Below are positions 1 through 8,736 of a stretch of DNA of 64,000 nt, in pieces. Under the pieces are notes generated by a model. That model ran no database searches. It was not told the origin of the DNA and was given only the letters and a program-made list of their open reading frames with translations. The translations under genes and the position numbers were made by a program. The stretch's first letter is position 1. Each line of letters begins with the position of its first letter. Source of the DNA: a virus (Duplodnaviria > Caudoviricetes); the IMG/VR virus record IMGVR_UViG_2639763012_000002, positions 1 to 64,000 of that record. One strand, written 5' to 3'.

Positions 1-296
1 GTGTCCCGGGGGCATGGTGAGGGGTGGATGTAGAGGGAGTGGGTACGGCCGTCCGGATCCGTGGCAGTCCCTGCCGGGTGGGGGTAGACCCCCGGGGCGC
101 ACAGGGTCCGGCCGCAGCGCGCGCACTCGCGGCCCGCGAGCTGCAGAGGCGTCAGGTTCTCGCCCCGCACAATCCCGCGCAGGGGTTCGGGGAGGGTCCA
201 CACCGCGCACCGGTGCAGTCGCCCCTCCTCAGGGGTCGCGCCGCAGGTGGTACAGCGGATCAGGAGCCGAGCGGGCTGGCTGAAGCTATCGGGCAC
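1..296 (-). CDS. Small Cys-rich (Zn-finger-like) protein, runs off the window edge
   Basis: Manual translation from GTG at 296: MPDSFSQPARLLIRCTTCG...LQLAGRECARCGRTLC; resembles 1100..1327 (LHGEACWHCG). Confidence 0.55.
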   Translation of the reverse strand, partial: MPDSFSQPARLLIRCTTCGATPEEGRLHRCAVWTLPEPLRGIVRGENLTPLQLAGRECARCGRTLCAPGVYPHPAGTATDPDGRTHSLYIHPSPCPRD

Positions 297-702
297 GCCG
301 GCTCCTGCCATGTCGTGACGCCGTATCCAGCTCGTCCAGGGCGCGGCGCAGCGCGGCAGAGTCCGTGATCGGCGCTGTGGGTGGGGCGGTCCACCACACC
401 GGGGGCGGTCCGGCTGCGGGGTGCGGCGGCGCGGTGTCCGGCGCCGGCACGACGACCTGCCCGAGTGTCACCAGCTCGACCTCAGCCGGCAGCTGCCAGC
501 CCCTCGCCGCGCCGAGCGGCACGAGCCAGATGCTGGTGAACCACCCCTCATGCCGGATCGCGGTCGTACCGTCGGGCAGGCACCGGGCAATCGCAGGCGC
601 GTCCAGGATCGGGGCCCGGATCGCATCCCACCACTCCCCGGCCGGCACCAGCTGCGGCCGAGCGCCGTCCGGTGGCATCCACGGCGGCCAGGCGGCGGTC
701 AC
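286..702 (-). CDS. Hypothetical protein, paralog of 699..1103
   Basis: Shared motifs PAGxxWDAI, WLVPLGAAxGWQLP, PPVxWT; translationally coupled. Confidence 0.7.
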   Translation of the reverse strand: MTAAWPPWMPPDGARPQLVPAGEWWDAIRAPILDAPAIARCLPDGTTAIRHEGWFTSIWLVPLGAARGWQLPAEVELVTLGQVVVPAPDTAPPHPAAGPPPVWWTAPPTAPITDSAALRRALDELDTASRHGRSRRAR

Positions 703-1103
703 GGCTCATCCCACCCAACGGTGGGAAAGAGGCGCGCCATTCTGGCCAGCACGTCCCGTAGGCCGTCAACGTTATGGACGATTCCGTTGCCAGGAGCAGA
801 CGTCCAGTACACGACTGGCGGCGACTCAGGGGGGAGAGTCCAGGGTGCTGGCGGGACCCGCACCGGCTGCCCCGCCACCAAAAGGCGCGCGACGCTCGGA
901 AGTTGCCAACCTGTGGCCGCGCCGAGTGGGACGAGCCAGGTCACGGTCATGTGCTCGCGGTCGTGGATCACCGGGGCGCGGTAGCCGCACTGGACCACCG
1001 CCCCATCAAATGCGTGCACCTGGATTGCATCCCAGTGGCGGCCCGCAGGGATCACGTGCAGGTCCGGGGCGGTGGGCACCCAGGAGGCGGCATCAGGCGT
1101 CAT
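699..1103 (-). CDS. Hypothetical protein, paralog of 286..702
   Basis: MTPDAASWVP...PAGRHWDAIQV...WLVPLGAATGWQLP; ATGA overlaps on both sides. Confidence 0.7.
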   Translation of the reverse strand: MTPDAASWVPTAPDLHVIPAGRHWDAIQVHAFDGAVVQCGYRAPVIHDREHMTVTWLVPLGAATGWQLPSVARLLVAGQPVRVPPAPWTLPPESPPVVYWTSAPGNGIVHNVDGLRDVLARMARLFPTVGWDEP

Positions 1104-1327
1104 AGCGGCAGCCCCTCGTGACTGGACAACAGCTCCGAGCGCGTCCCGTCGGCAAGAGGGCGCCCTTCGTGCTTCACGCAGCTCACGGTCTGCCACTCGC
1201 GACCGCCGACAATCACAGGGCCGGTAGGGGTGAGGGAGCAGTAGACCGCGCCACAGTGCCAGCATGCCTCGCCATGGAGGCGAGCGATGCTGACCCCGTC
1301 GGTCTCATCTGGGGTGGTGATGTGCAC
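1100..1327 (-). CDS. Small Zn-finger-like protein
   Basis: ARLHGEACWHCG...SCVKH; coupled to downstream gene. Confidence 0.6.
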   Translation of the reverse strand: MHITTPDETDGVSIARLHGEACWHCGAVYCSLTPTGPVIVGGREWQTVSCVKHEGRPLADGTRSELLSSHEGLPL

Positions 1328-1385
1328 GCTGTGTCCTATCTGCCGAAGGCGTCGGCAGATGGTTGCGCGCGAACTGGGCCAGATC

Positions 1386-1420
1386 TGACCCAACGCGGGT
1401 CAGTGACCCAGGTTGGGTCA
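1386..1420. promoter_or_regulatory. Two tandem palindromic operators TGACCC-N5-GGGTCA
   Basis: tgaccc-aacgc-gggtca (1386-1402) and tgaccc-aggtt-gggtca (1404-1420) between the XRE gene and the downstream small genes. Confidence 0.6.
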
Positions 1421-1422
1421 GA

Positions 1423-2604
1423 TCATTCCGCGCCGCACCACTGAGCGAAGCTCGTCAGAGACTCCACGCTGGTCTTGCGGCGCCGGATGAGCGCTGAGAT
1501 GTCCTCGCGCACCCAGCGGTGCTCGCGCACGTGCTGCGGTGCGAGGCGTTGCGCGACCTTCAGCGCCTCGAAAGCGTGGCCCGGGTGCCCCGCATGAAGT
1601 TGGGCTCTGGCCATCTCGATGTAGAAGCCGCTGCGCCGCTCCGCGCACATACTCCGAGGCGGTGCCCATTCGCGGGCGATGGCGAGCGCCTGCCCGAGGC
1701 GCGTCCCGCCCAGGGACACCGACAGCGACACCTGGTGGATGCGCACCGAGTCCGGCCCGACGGCAGTCCCGGCGTAGACCCCCTCGCGGACCGTTTCCGC
1801 GAGTCGGGTGGCGTGGCTGGTGTGCTCGTCGGCTGCGTCACCGTCGCCCGCGCGCGCTGCGATCACGGCCGCGCGCATATGCAGCGCCGCGCGCGCCGCT
1901 ACCGCTCCGCTGGTCGTTGGCGCGGGTGCCACGTCGATCGCGCGTTCCAGAGCGCGCTGGCCGGCCGCGTGCGCGCGGCTCGCGAAATACTGCTCAGTGC
2001 GAACGTAGGCCACAGTGGCGTGGGTGATCGGATCGTCGGCGACATGGGCCAGCCAGCGCATCGTGTCAATGATCCTGCCCGAGAGGTCCACGGCGCCGTA
2101 CTTGTAGGCGGCGGCGTCCACGGTGCGGCAGGCCGAGATCGCGATCCGCGCCGCCTCTGCCCTCTCTGCTGGTTGGGCGGCCGCCAGGGCGCGCAGCGCT
2201 TCGGCAAGGAGGGCCGGCCCCTCGCGCATGATGCGCGCGTACTGCGCCGCCAGGCGGTACTGCTGCACCTCGTCAACGGCTTCGCGTAGCTCTGGCAGGA
2301 AGCGCGTCGGCCCGTCGTCTGGGTCGTCCCAACTGGCCAGGATGGCCCGCAGGTTGGGCATCATGGTGTGTGCTCGCTCTGCCGATGGCAGGTGGTGCTC
2401 GCGCAGGCTGGCTGGGTCGATACCGAGCGCGTCTGCGATCGATTGGAGCACGTGGTCGCTGGGCAGGCGGGCGCCGCGCTCGATCTTAGGCAGGGTGCCG
2501 CTACCGAGGCCCGCCCGGTCGGCGAGGCGGTCCTGAGTCAGGTTGGCGAGATGCCGGTGGTAGGCGATACGGCGCCCTACCTCGGCGGGGCTGTCTGCGG
2601 GCAT
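1423..2604 (-). CDS. XRE-family HTH regulator with TPR-like C-terminal domain
   Basis: GRRIAYHRHLANLTQDRLADRAGLGSGTLPKIERGAR HTH; typical actinomycete C-terminus (ERRSGFYIE..AQRLAPQHVREH). Confidence 0.9.
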   Translation of the reverse strand: MPADSPAEVGRRIAYHRHLANLTQDRLADRAGLGSGTLPKIERGARLPSDHVLQSIADALGIDPASLREHHLPSAERAHTMMPNLRAILASWDDPDDGPTRFLPELREAVDEVQQYRLAAQYARIMREGPALLAEALRALAAAQPAERAEAARIAISACRTVDAAAYKYGAVDLSGRIIDTMRWLAHVADDPITHATVAYVRTEQYFASRAHAAGQRALERAIDVAPAPTTSGAVAARAALHMRAAVIAARAGDGDAADEHTSHATRLAETVREGVYAGTAVGPDSVRIHQVSLSVSLGGTRLGQALAIAREWAPPRSMCAERRSGFYIEMARAQLHAGHPGHAFEALKVAQRLAPQHVREHRWVREDISALIRRRKTSVESLTSFAQWCGAE

Positions 2605-2669
2605 ACTGGCTCCCGTTCGGTACTCAACACCCGAACGGTACCCGGGCGGTGACGCCCGGGTACTTGCTT

Positions 2670-3314
2670 TCACTCTTCCGTGACGATGGCGGCCAGCTCG
2701 TTGAGACTGGTGATAGACCAGTCCGCCGCCTCCCGCACACCAGCATCATCCGCCCACAGGTGCCCCCATGGGCCGCGCCGCAGATGTGCTGTCAACAGGC
2801 CCAGGTCGCGCGCCGGGTAGATGTCGTTCTGTGGATGGTCACCGACGTAGAGAACCTCCTCGGCCCGAGCTTCGGCGAGGCTGATCACCCGAACGAAGAA
2901 CTCTTCTGATGGCTTGGCCGCGCCCCAGTCCCCGGACACGGCAACCGCTTCCGCCGGCAAGTCCAGCGCCCGCAGCAACTCCCCTGCCCGCGACGTCTGG
3001 TTGCCGGCCACGATCACCCGCACACCGAGCCCACGCAGCGCGGCCAGGGCCGGACGCACGTCCGGGTACAGGTCGGACTCGTCCAGGCACTCTCCCCGCC
3101 CGGCCGCCTCGCGGGCGGCGTACTCGGCCGCCAGGTCCAGGCCCGGGCGCACCAGGCGCAGCGCATCGGCGTTGTCCTGACCGCGTGCCACTACCGAGCC
3201 GACGAGCGCTGACAGCGTGTGGCGTGGGACGTCCAGCCAGTCCGCCCAGGCCGCCCAATACCGGTCATCGCGGGTGAGGGTCTCTCCGATGTCGAGGGCG
3301 ACGCATCTGATCAC
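2670..3314 (-). CDS. HAD-family hydrolase
   Basis: DIGETL motif I, AKPS motif III, YVGDHPQND motif IV. Confidence 0.9.
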   Translation of the reverse strand: MIRCVALDIGETLTRDDRYWAAWADWLDVPRHTLSALVGSVVARGQDNADALRLVRPGLDLAAEYAAREAAGRGECLDESDLYPDVRPALAALRGLGVRVIVAGNQTSRAGELLRALDLPAEAVAVSGDWGAAKPSEEFFVRVISLAEARAEEVLYVGDHPQNDIYPARDLGLLTAHLRRGPWGHLWADDAGVREAADWSITSLNELAAIVTEE

Positions 3315-3323
3315 GGCGCCAGC

Positions 3324-4025
3324 CTAGGGCCGCAGCAGCACCACGGCGGTCGCGTCGTCTCGGTATCCCTCGCTGTCCTGCTCGGCTGCTGCCACGAGCG
3401 CGTCCGCGAGGGCCTGAGGATCATCCGCATACTCGGCTACCAGGCGGGCCATGTCCGGAACCTGGTCCGAGACGCCGTCCGACACCAGCAGCACCAGCCC
3501 CACCTCGGCGGGGATCTCCGCCTCTCGGCAGGTCGCCGCAGACGCCTGCGCCAGGCCGAGCCGCGCCCACTCATCATGATGCTCAACCAGATCCACCGCG
3601 ACGCCGCCGTGCCGCCGCAGGTACTGGCCCATGGTCTGGTCCGTGGACCACTGCGTCTGCTCGCCGGTCCATCCGTAGATGCGGCAGTCCCCGATCCAAT
3701 GCACCCCAGTCGGTTCCCCTGGCACGGCGCGGGCGTAGACCGCAGAGGCGTGCACATAGTGGTCGTACGCCTCAGCCATCTGACCGGCCGTCATCAGACC
3801 GGCCAGCCCGCCCAGCGTCATGCCGATCTGGGTGATCACCGGAGCGGCGCACTGCACGTACTGGACGGTGTCGGGGTGATGCCCGGCCCCGTCGACCACC
3901 GCCGCGGTGACCTCTCCACCACGGCGCTGCACGTGCGTGCCGTCCGCGCACGGCGGCTCGGTCCCCGGCCGCTGCGCCGTCCGCACCGCGATCGCTCCCA
4001 CCGGCTGCTGCTCGGCCTCAGGCAC
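3324..4025 (-). CDS. PP2C/SpoIIE-like phosphatase
   Basis: CADG, VVDGAGH, WIGDCRIY, LLVSDGVSD, RDDATAVV motifs. Confidence 0.8.
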   Translation of the reverse strand: MPEAEQQPVGAIAVRTAQRPGTEPPCADGTHVQRRGGEVTAAVVDGAGHHPDTVQYVQCAAPVITQIGMTLGGLAGLMTAGQMAEAYDHYVHASAVYARAVPGEPTGVHWIGDCRIYGWTGEQTQWSTDQTMGQYLRRHGGVAVDLVEHHDEWARLGLAQASAATCREAEIPAEVGLVLLVSDGVSDQVPDMARLVAEYADDPQALADALVAAAEQDSEGYRDDATAVVLLRP

Positions 4026-4159
4026 GTCTACTCTCCCCTGCTCGCACGCTGGCCCCCTACCGTCGCCAGAGATACTCGGCGCCCCGCAGGCACTCCGGTG
4101 CTCCCCCGATCAGCCCTGCCCGCCTGGCCCCACCCGGCGCGGGGACGCACGCTCGACGT

Positions 4160-4366
4160 GTGCCCTCACCGAGGATCGTCGTGTACCCGCCCACACCCGG
4201 CGGCGGGCGGCGCGTGCGCGCCGATGGGCAGGCCATCGGCCTCGCACGTTCCGCCCGCGAGCTGCTCGAATTCCTCCGGCGCGCCGGCCTCGACCCGGAC
4301 CTGATCGACCTGCGCGATCCGACCCTGATCGAGTGGCGCGGCGGCGGCCCCGACACCTGGGAGTGA
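4160..4366 (+). CDS. Small conserved actinomycete hypothetical protein
   Basis: VVYPPTPGGGRRVRADG..LEFLRRAGL..IEWRGGGPDTW pattern; good GC3 bias. Confidence 0.7.
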   Translation: MPSPRIVVYPPTPGGGRRVRADGQAIGLARSARELLEFLRRAGLDPDLIDLRDPTLIEWRGGGPDTWE

Positions 4367-4707
4367 GCCCCGGGCCGCAACGGCGCCCCACCGCCCCAGT
4401 CAGGCTGGGAGGGCCGAGACGCGTTCCCGGAGCGCCCGCACGTCCGGTAGGTCAGCGCTCCCAGCCATCTGCCCGGCCAGATCCCGCAGCGGCCCGGCCG
4501 GCGGGCCCTCGTCGAACACGACGGCCCGCGGGATCTGTGGGACGAGCGGCTGCCCCTCACCGCGGGCTGGCTCGCCGCCGGCCGCCCCCACCCGGCGGAC
4601 TACACTCTCACCGTCGTTGCGGGCATCCACACCCTCCGGCGAGAAGGGGCACGGCCGGCGGCGTGGTCTGTCTAAGCCTCGTGGCGCCTGGCTGCTTGAA
4701 TGCCGGG

Positions 4708-5031
4708 GTGAGCCACGGAAACGGCGACCGCGCACCGCAGACCAGCCCTCCTGATGCCGTGCGCGCCCGACCGTGGGGCCCCGACGACGGGTCAGAGCCC
4801 CGTGTGCACGTCTATCCGGCCAGATCACAGCCCGTGATGTGGGTACGCGCCGGCGGACAGTGGCTACGCGGTCGGGTCATGGCCCGTCAGGACTGGGCCG
4901 GGGCTGGCCCGGTGTACCAGATCGCGGTCCCCACCCCCAGCCTGAGCTATCGCATCGTCTCCTACCGGTGGCCCCAGCCCGGACTGGTCGCCGAGACACC
5001 GCCCGCGCGCGATACCGAGGATCAGCGCTGA
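4708..5031 (+). CDS. Hypothetical protein (SH3-like beta domain)
   Basis: MWVRAGGQWLRGRVMARQDW..VYQIAV..YRWPQPGL; GTG start at 4708. Confidence 0.55.
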   Translation: MSHGNGDRAPQTSPPDAVRARPWGPDDGSEPRVHVYPARSQPVMWVRAGGQWLRGRVMARQDWAGAGPVYQIAVPTPSLSYRIVSYRWPQPGLVAETPPARDTEDQR

Positions 5032-6191
5032 GACGCCGCAGGCAAGAGCCGATCGGGGGTGTCCAGCCAGACCCGCGCCGCGCCCCCCGGCCGGCGGTCG
5101 ACCCCGAACCGGTCCACCCCCGGAGCACCCACACCGATCCACCAGCGCCACGCCGCGCCGACCTCGTCCCACAGGCGGCGCGCACCGGCCTGTCGAACCG
5201 TCATCGTCCCGCCGGTGGCCACCTCCACCACCGCCGTGCTGCCGCCGTCCTCCGCATACAGCCACAGCTGGGCGTGCACGCCGGGGGTGTCGTCTGCGGT
5301 GTCCCAGGCGTGCCACACCCCAGCGGTCAGCAGCCCGATCGCGAACTGAGCCTCGTAGTCCTCGCCAGCCACGACCCATGGAGACAGAGAGGTCACCTCG
5401 GCGGGCACCGCCGACAGGTCAGAAGCGTCCGCCATCACCCCGGGCCCGTGGCCCACACGACGCATCGGCATATAGGACCCGCCCGCAACCCAGCGACCCC
5501 GCAGCGCCCCGCCCGCCTCCATGTCGGCAACCAGCGTGCCGTAGGTGCACCACGCGGTATCCCACGGCGCGACGATCCGCCCGCCCTCCGCCAACTGCGA
5601 CGCCCACTCCGCAGGGATCCCCCGCACCGAGCACGTGGCGATGATCCGGTCATACGGCGAGCCCGCCGCCCAGCCCTCCACACCATCCCCCCGCACCACC
5701 AGCGGGCGCAGCCCAACAGCCTCCAGCGTCGCGCGGGCACGCTCCACCAGGTCGCGGTCCAACTCGACGCTGACGACCTGGGAGTCACCCAGGTACGCGG
5801 ACAGCAGCCCCGCGTGCCACCCCGTCCCCGTGCCGATCTCCAACACCCTCCCGCCAGGCGGCACATCCGCCAGATCGAGCATGGCGATCACTGTGCCAGG
5901 CGCAGACGCCGACGACATCGGCCGCACGCCTCCGCCCAGCTCAGCCTTCACCTGCACCACCACCGGAACATCCCCCCAGGCCGCCTCCTGCCACCGGGCA
6001 GGCTCCAACTCCCGGTCACACACCCGATAGCCGCCCAGCCCATCCCGCAGCCACACCCGCGCCGGCAGGAACCGATCGCGAGGCACAGCACGCATCGCGG
6101 CCAGCCACTCCGGCGACACAGGCCGACCCAAGCGGGCGGCGATCTGCCCGGTGAGCTGATCCAGCAGCGGCGTGCTGGCGACCGCAGTCAC
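5022..6191 (-). CDS. Protein-L-isoaspartate O-methyltransferase (PCMT) family
   Basis: AMRAVPRDRFLP, SSASAP, VLEIGTGTGWHAGLL SAM motif, PYDRIIATCSV; C-terminal GARRLWDEV typical of RiPP-linked PIMTs. Confidence 0.92.
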   Translation of the reverse strand: MTAVASTPLLDQLTGQIAARLGRPVSPEWLAAMRAVPRDRFLPARVWLRDGLGGYRVCDRELEPARWQEAAWGDVPVVVQVKAELGGGVRPMSSASAPGTVIAMLDLADVPPGGRVLEIGTGTGWHAGLLSAYLGDSQVVSVELDRDLVERARATLEAVGLRPLVVRGDGVEGWAAGSPYDRIIATCSVRGIPAEWASQLAEGGRIVAPWDTAWCTYGTLVADMEAGGALRGRWVAGGSYMPMRRVGHGPGVMADASDLSAVPAEVTSLSPWVVAGEDYEAQFAIGLLTAGVWHAWDTADDTPGVHAQLWLYAEDGGSTAVVEVATGGTMTVRQAGARRLWDEVGAAWRWWIGVGAPGVDRFGVDRRPGGAARVWLDTPDRLLPAASQR

Positions 6192-6331
6192 GACCCGCCC
6201 TCGGGCTGATCAGCCGTGTCATCCCGCTGCGGCGGGGGCGGGTCCTCGGGGAGCGGCGGCGGGATCGGCCGCCCCGGCTGGTGCCCGTCATCACTGATCG
6301 GCGACCGATGTTTCCGCTCCGGCACCTGCAT
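6188..6331 (-). CDS. 47-aa Pro/Asp-rich peptide, candidate PCMT substrate
   Basis: GGAGG RBS, then MQVPERKHRSPISDDGHQPGRPIPPPLPEDPPPPQRDDTADQPEGGS*; stop overlaps the PCMT start (GTGA); below the ORF-track cutoff. Confidence 0.65.
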   Translation of the reverse strand: MQVPERKHRSPISDDGHQPGRPIPPPLPEDPPPPQRDDTADQPEGGS

Positions 6332-6530
6332 CGTCTAACCTCCCCACACCTCGGTGATTGTCACCTGACGCACCGTAAGGGCGCGCGAGGGGCGCGCGAA
6401 AGGGCGCACGCCGGCAGACCTCAGAACTCCCCGTGCCGACGCGTTTTGCCAGACTGTCGAACCGGTCCACGCACAGCCGCCGTGCGCGCTACGCTCCCGT
6501 TCGTCACCCAACTGGTCGGAGGAGGATCCC

Positions 6531-6920
6531 TTGAGCCGGTACGCATACCGCTGCGGCGCCTGCCAGGCCCGAGACCCATGGCGCCGCTCCCGCTGGGACG
6601 CCTGGGCCGACCAGGACACCCACCGCGCCAACCACCACGGCGGCATGACACCTGATGGGGACACCATCCTCGTCTACCAGGAGGGCCCCACCACCGGTCA
6701 ACTCCTCACCGGCATCGTCACCGGCATCGGCCGCGTGCTGGGCGCGATAGCCGACGCGTGGCGCCGCTCCCCACTCATCCGCGCGATCCGCGTCGAGCTG
6801 GGCCGCACCAGGTGGTGGAAGCCCACCATCATCGGCCTACGCCTCGCGTTCTTCGCCTGGGTGATCCTGCTGCTCCTCAAACCGGAGTGGGGGGCGATTC
6901 CGCTCGGGTTGGTGCTATAG
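6531..6920 (+). CDS. Zn-finger (CxxC...HxxxHH) membrane protein
   Basis: YRCGAC...HRANHHGGMTPDG, C-terminal TM; GGAGG RBS before TTG. Confidence 0.7.
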   Translation: MSRYAYRCGACQARDPWRRSRWDAWADQDTHRANHHGGMTPDGDTILVYQEGPTTGQLLTGIVTGIGRVLGAIADAWRRSPLIRAIRVELGRTRWWKPTIIGLRLAFFAWVILLLLKPEWGAIPLGLVL

Positions 6921-6943
6921 CCAACCACGTCCCCTGGCAGCTC

Positions 6944-7585
6944 TTACCATGAATTTCGCTGTTCGCGCTCCGCGCGTTCCAGCTCTCGCTGATCCCACAG
7001 GAATGTCTCCCAGGCATCACATGCATTGACGAACCCTTCATTCCGATCCGGAAGTGAATCTTCCCTCCTAAGCGCTCCAAGGCACTCCACTGCATGAGCG
7101 GCAACGTCAGAAAGAACCGACGAGGGGTCGATCTGTACTTGGCCGTAGTTCGAGTACGCAGTCCCAAGGTGACGCCAGTTACGGAGCAGTTCAATGGCCT
7201 TCGCCAGGGTGGCGCGCGCTGATTCATCTCGAACAGTTAGTACCGACACTTCCAAGGGCGCCAGAATCTCCATGAGTTCACGCTCCCAGGAATCCTCTGC
7301 TGCTCTGAGGCGTTCCTGCTCCTCGAGTGACCGATTGCGGCGAGAGATCCTGGAGCCCGGCACGTCGCGCACGTGGCGCAGGACTCGTCCGATGCCATCG
7401 GCCAGGGCCGCCAGAATGGCATCTTGCTGCTCACGGACACGTTCGTCTTTGGCCGCCAGGAGTGCTCTCCCATGTACCCGGTACGCAAAGTACGCCGTAA
7501 TAGCCGAACCCGATAGAGCAGAGCCCGCAGCGATCAGGCCGCTGGTGATGGTGGAATCTAAGGCCATGCCACTAGTCTGGTGCAA
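6944..7585 (-). CDS. Lower-GC moron protein with N-terminal TM helix
   Basis: 213-aa ORF, visibly more AT-rich codons than neighbours; TM ITSGLIAAGSALSGSAITAYFAY. Confidence 0.7.
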   Translation of the reverse strand: MHQTSGMALDSTITSGLIAAGSALSGSAITAYFAYRVHGRALLAAKDERVREQQDAILAALADGIGRVLRHVRDVPGSRISRRNRSLEEQERLRAAEDSWERELMEILAPLEVSVLTVRDESARATLAKAIELLRNWRHLGTAYSNYGQVQIDPSSVLSDVAAHAVECLGALRREDSLPDRNEGFVNACDAWETFLWDQRELERAEREQRNSW

Positions 7586-7594
7586 CAGCCGCCG

Positions 7595-7879
7595 TCAGGC
7601 CATGAACAGCGCGACGACCGCGACCACAGCTCCGGCCACACCCGTCACTCCGCCGATGACCGGCAACGGCCACCGCCGCGCCTCCAACCCCGCTACCCTC
7701 GCCCCCAACGAGTCCAACTCCTCCCGCAGCGCGGCCACGTCCTGGTCCGCACGTTTAGAGCGCTCCACCAGTACAGCAACGTCCGTGTGCACCTCACCCA
7801 TGCGAGTCAGCAGCGAGGCGAGCTGCGCACGCACCTGGTCCAGGCTGTCCGACAGCATCCGCACCTCCGCGTCCGTCAC
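7595..7879 (-). CDS. Lysis-cassette coiled-coil membrane protein
   Basis: Coiled coil plus C-terminal TM (RRWPLPVIGGVTGVAGAVVAVVALFMA); GTGA-coupled to holin. Confidence 0.7.
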   Translation of the reverse strand: MTDAEVRMLSDSLDQVRAQLASLLTRMGEVHTDVAVLVERSKRADQDVAALREELDSLGARVAGLEARRWPLPVIGGVTGVAGAVVAVVALFMA

Positions 7880-8181
7880 CGGTCCGCCCCTGCGCGGGAG
7901 TTGGCCAGCGCCACATCCAGCGAGCGGCCGGCCGGGGCCGGGTACTGGGGCGGCCGGGCCCAGCCCAGCAGCACGCCGGCCACGCGCCGCAGCTGCGGGT
8001 GCTGCGCGCGGCCAGCCCACTCCTCCACCCCGCGCAGCCCGGTGTAGTAGGCGGCGGACAGGGCGGTGCCCACCGCAGCAGTCACCTCGGCCTCGTCCAG
8101 ATCCAGACCGACCCGGGCGGCCAGCGTGAGGACCAGGCCGGCCACCATCGGCACCACCGTGCGGGCGATCGACACCAGCAT
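7876..8181 (-). CDS. Holin
   Basis: Two TM helices; RTVVP..AAYY..RGVE..LLGWARPPQY actinophage holin pattern; downstream of endolysin. Confidence 0.75.
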   Translation of the reverse strand: MLVSIARTVVPMVAGLVLTLAARVGLDLDEAEVTAAVGTALSAAYYTGLRGVEEWAGRAQHPQLRRVAGVLLGWARPPQYPAPAGRSLDVALANSRAGADR

Positions 8182-8190
8182 CTCTACCTC

Positions 8191-8736
8191 CTAAGCAGAC
8201 CGGCCGCGTTCGGCGAGCCAGCGCCGCACGATCTGGTTGTGACGGGCGTCCGCGAGCGCATGATGCTCGCTCTCCTGCTGCGCTGGCAGAGCGCCGACCG
8301 GCAACCCGAGTCGGGACCGCTCCTGCTGGATGTCGTGAGTGAACATCGGCACCCCTTCGGGCAGCGCGACCATGGGGCCCCAGAGCTGGGCGAGGCAGAC
8401 ATGGTCGTAGGCGCCGTAGTTCGCCCACAGCTCGACCTCCGGCCCTGCGGCCAGGATGAAGTCGGCGACGGCGCGGGCGATCTGCGCACGAGGCCGAACT
8501 GCCGGGTCGTCGAGGTCGAGACGATCTACTCCGCGCACGCCGGGCGGGTTCTGTACGACGGGGAGATGCGGCCACACGTTCCCCCGCAACCACGGGTGCC
8601 CCCGCACGGCCGCCTGGTCGAACTCGGCGTTCACGGCGTAGAGTTCGCGGCCGTCGTCAGCCACCATGCCGATCGAGATCAGCTCGATGGTGCGCCCGTC
8701 CTCCAGGAACTCCAGGTCGTAGTCGATGGCGGTCAC
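8191..8736 (-). CDS. DEDDh 3'-5' exoribonuclease (Rv2179c/RNase AS, DUF5051-like)
   Basis: YDLEFLEDGRTIELISIG, WANYGAYDHV, HHALADARH motifs. Confidence 0.88.
   Translation of the reverse strand: MTAIDYDLEFLEDGRTIELISIGMVADDGRELYAVNAEFDQAAVRGHPWLRGNVWPHLPVVQNPPGVRGVDRLDLDDPAVRPRAQIARAVADFILAAGPEVELWANYGAYDHVCLAQLWGPMVALPEGVPMFTHDIQQERSRLGLPVGALPAQQESEHHALADARHNQIVRRWLAERGRSA

Noticed and set aside
219-239. TCGCCCCTCCTCAGGGGTCGC resembles the I-B repeat hairpin
   Set aside because: Lies antisense within a plausible CDS (ATPEEGR), loop length differs, no promoter seen, and it is 61 kb from cas8; likely chance in high-GC DNA
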